From NCBI RefSeq assembly GCF_044324785.1, contig NZ_CP172127.1: 64,000 nt of DNA; one strand, written 5' to 3'. The translations under genes and the position numbers were made by a program. Positions 62,636-64,000 of the stretch are shown here, one piece after another (position 1 is the first letter of the stretch; each line of letters starts with the position of its first letter). The stretch is from Escherichia coli (GTDB lineage Bacteria; Pseudomonadota; Gammaproteobacteria; Enterobacterales; Enterobacteriaceae). The notes beneath the pieces were generated by a model, which had not been told where the DNA came from, did not search any database, and saw only the letters and a program-made list of their open reading frames with translations.

Positions 62636-63889
62636 TTACGCACGAATGGTGTAATCACCGATGCCGATCCACTTGTAAGTGGTCAGCGCTTCCAGCCCCA
62701 TTGGGCCACGCGCGTGGAGTTTTTGTGTGCTTACCGCCACTTCCGCACCCAGACCAAACTGGCCGCCGTCGGTAAAACGCGTAGAGGCGTTAACGTAAAC
62801 AGCGGAAGAATCCACTTCGTTAACAAAACGCTGGGCGTTGCGCATATCGCGGGTCAGGATCGCATCGGAGTGTTGTGTGCCGTGTTCACGAATATGGGCG
62901 ATGGCATCGTCAAGATCGCTGACGATTTTGACGTTCAAATCTAAGGACAGAAACTCATCGTCATACTCTTCAGCTTTAACAGCAACCACCTTCGCGGGAC
63001 CTGCCTGCAATTGCGTCAGTGCGGTAGCATCGGCGTGTAACGTCACACCGCTTTCAGCCATCTGTTTGCTTAACACAGGCAGGAAGCTATCTGCGATGTT
63101 TTTATTCACCAGCAACGTTTCTACCGTATTACACGTGCTCGGGCGCTGAGTTTTCGCGTTGACGATTACTTTCAAGGCTTCAGCGATCTCTGCACTTTCA
63201 TCAACGTAAATATGGCATACGCCTATACCACCTGTGATCACCGGGATCGTTGACTGCTCACGGCACAGCTTATGCAGGCCAGCGCCTCCACGCGGGATCA
63301 GCATGTCGATGTGTTTATCCATACGCAGCATTTCACTTACCAGTGCGCGATCCGGATTATCAATCGCCTGCACGGCACCTGCCGGTAAACCGCAGGATTT
63401 CAGGGCGTCCTGAATCACCGCCACCGTTGCCGCGTTAGTGCGACAGGTTTCTTTGCCACCACGCAGGATCACTGCGTTACCGGTTTTCAGGCACAGCGAA
63501 GCGACATCAACCGTCACGTTCGGGCGAGCTTCATAAATCACGCCAATCACCCCCAGCGGTACGCGACGACGCTCCAGACGCAGGCCACTGTCCAGCACGC
63601 CACCATCGATTACCTGCCCCACCGGATCGGCGAGGTTACACACCTGGCGCACATCATCGGCAATGCCTTTCAGCCGTGCGGGCGTCAGTGCCAGACGGTC
63701 AAGCATCGCTTCGCTAAGGCCATTGGCACGCGCGTCAGCAACATCCTGGGCGTTAGCGTTGAGGATGATTTCGCTTTGTGCTTCCAGTTCATCGGCGATT
63801 TTTTCCAGCACACGATTTTTTTCGCGGCTGGAGAGTTGCGCTAATTTATACGAGGCTTGCTTTGCGGCAATGCCCATTTGTTCCAGCAT
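62636..63889 (-). CDS. proA: Gamma-glutamyl phosphate reductase
   Basis: 417 aa, [38 protein letters not shown]...; matches E. coli ProA as I recall it. Confidence 0.95.
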   Translation of the reverse strand: MLEQMGIAAKQASYKLAQLSSREKNRVLEKIADELEAQSEIILNANAQDVADARANGLSEAMLDRLALTPARLKGIADDVRQVCNLADPVGQVIDGGVLDSGLRLERRRVPLGVIGVIYEARPNVTVDVASLCLKTGNAVILRGGKETCRTNAATVAVIQDALKSCGLPAGAVQAIDNPDRALVSEMLRMDKHIDMLIPRGGAGLHKLCREQSTIPVITGGIGVCHIYVDESAEIAEALKVIVNAKTQRPSTCNTVETLLVNKNIADSFLPVLSKQMAESGVTLHADATALTQLQAGPAKVVAVKAEEYDDEFLSLDLNVKIVSDLDDAIAHIREHGTQHSDAILTRDMRNAQRFVNEVDSSAVYVNASTRFTDGGQFGLGAEVAVSTQKLHARGPMGLEALTTYKWIGIGDYTIRA

Positions 63890-63900
63890 CGGCCAGCTCC

Positions 63901-64000
63901 TTAACGGGTAATCATGTCATCACGGTGAACGGCAACCGGGCCATATTCATATCCCAGTATTGCATCAATTTCTTGCGAGTGGTGTCCGGCAATGCGGCGT
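63901..64000 (-). CDS. proB: Glutamate 5-kinase, C-terminal end (partial; runs off the window end)
   Basis: Minus-strand translation ends ...HRDDMITR-stop, with the stop 12 bp upstream of the proA start, as in proBA. Confidence 0.8.

Overview
Enterobacterial (E. coli-type) chromosomal segment spanning the thrW tRNA integration hotspot; all identifications are from reading the sequence and ORF translations and from memory of protein families, with no database search run. (1) 1-13.2 kb is core chromosome: ecpC(partial)-ecpD-ecpE fimbrial genes, ykgJ, yagU, paoABCD periplasmic aldehyde oxidoreductase, an MFS transporter, a secreted alpha/beta hydrolase and a LysR regulator. (2) 13.7-22.7 kb is a degraded integrative island carrying an AbiEi/AbiEii pair and a Type I restriction-modification system (hsdRMS), ending in a frameshifted Ner/Nlp-like gene fused to the 3' remnant of an integrase. 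(3) 22.65-62.49 kb is a ~39.8 kb mosaic lambdoid prophage with a P22/Sf6-type morphogenetic module, bounded by 64-bp direct repeats of the thrW 3' end, with int abutting intact thrW. It combines a P22 immI region (mnt-arc-ant), lambda-like N/nutL/nutR with a different cI/operator specificity, a 933W/phage-21-type Q, two tRNAs and a pinholin/SAR-endolysin lysis cassette. (4) thrW, proA and proB (partial) close the window. No CRISPR array was seen. The most promising unexplored material is a set of small, mostly AT-rich prophage cargo genes at classical lysogen-expressed positions: a membrane protein directly after cI, an antisense Zn-ribbon gene beside N, an operon after mnt that is split by an IS903 copy, a T5orf172-domain gene between lysis and terminase genes, and an XAT-type acetyltransferase beside attL. 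None of these can be given a function from sequence alone.
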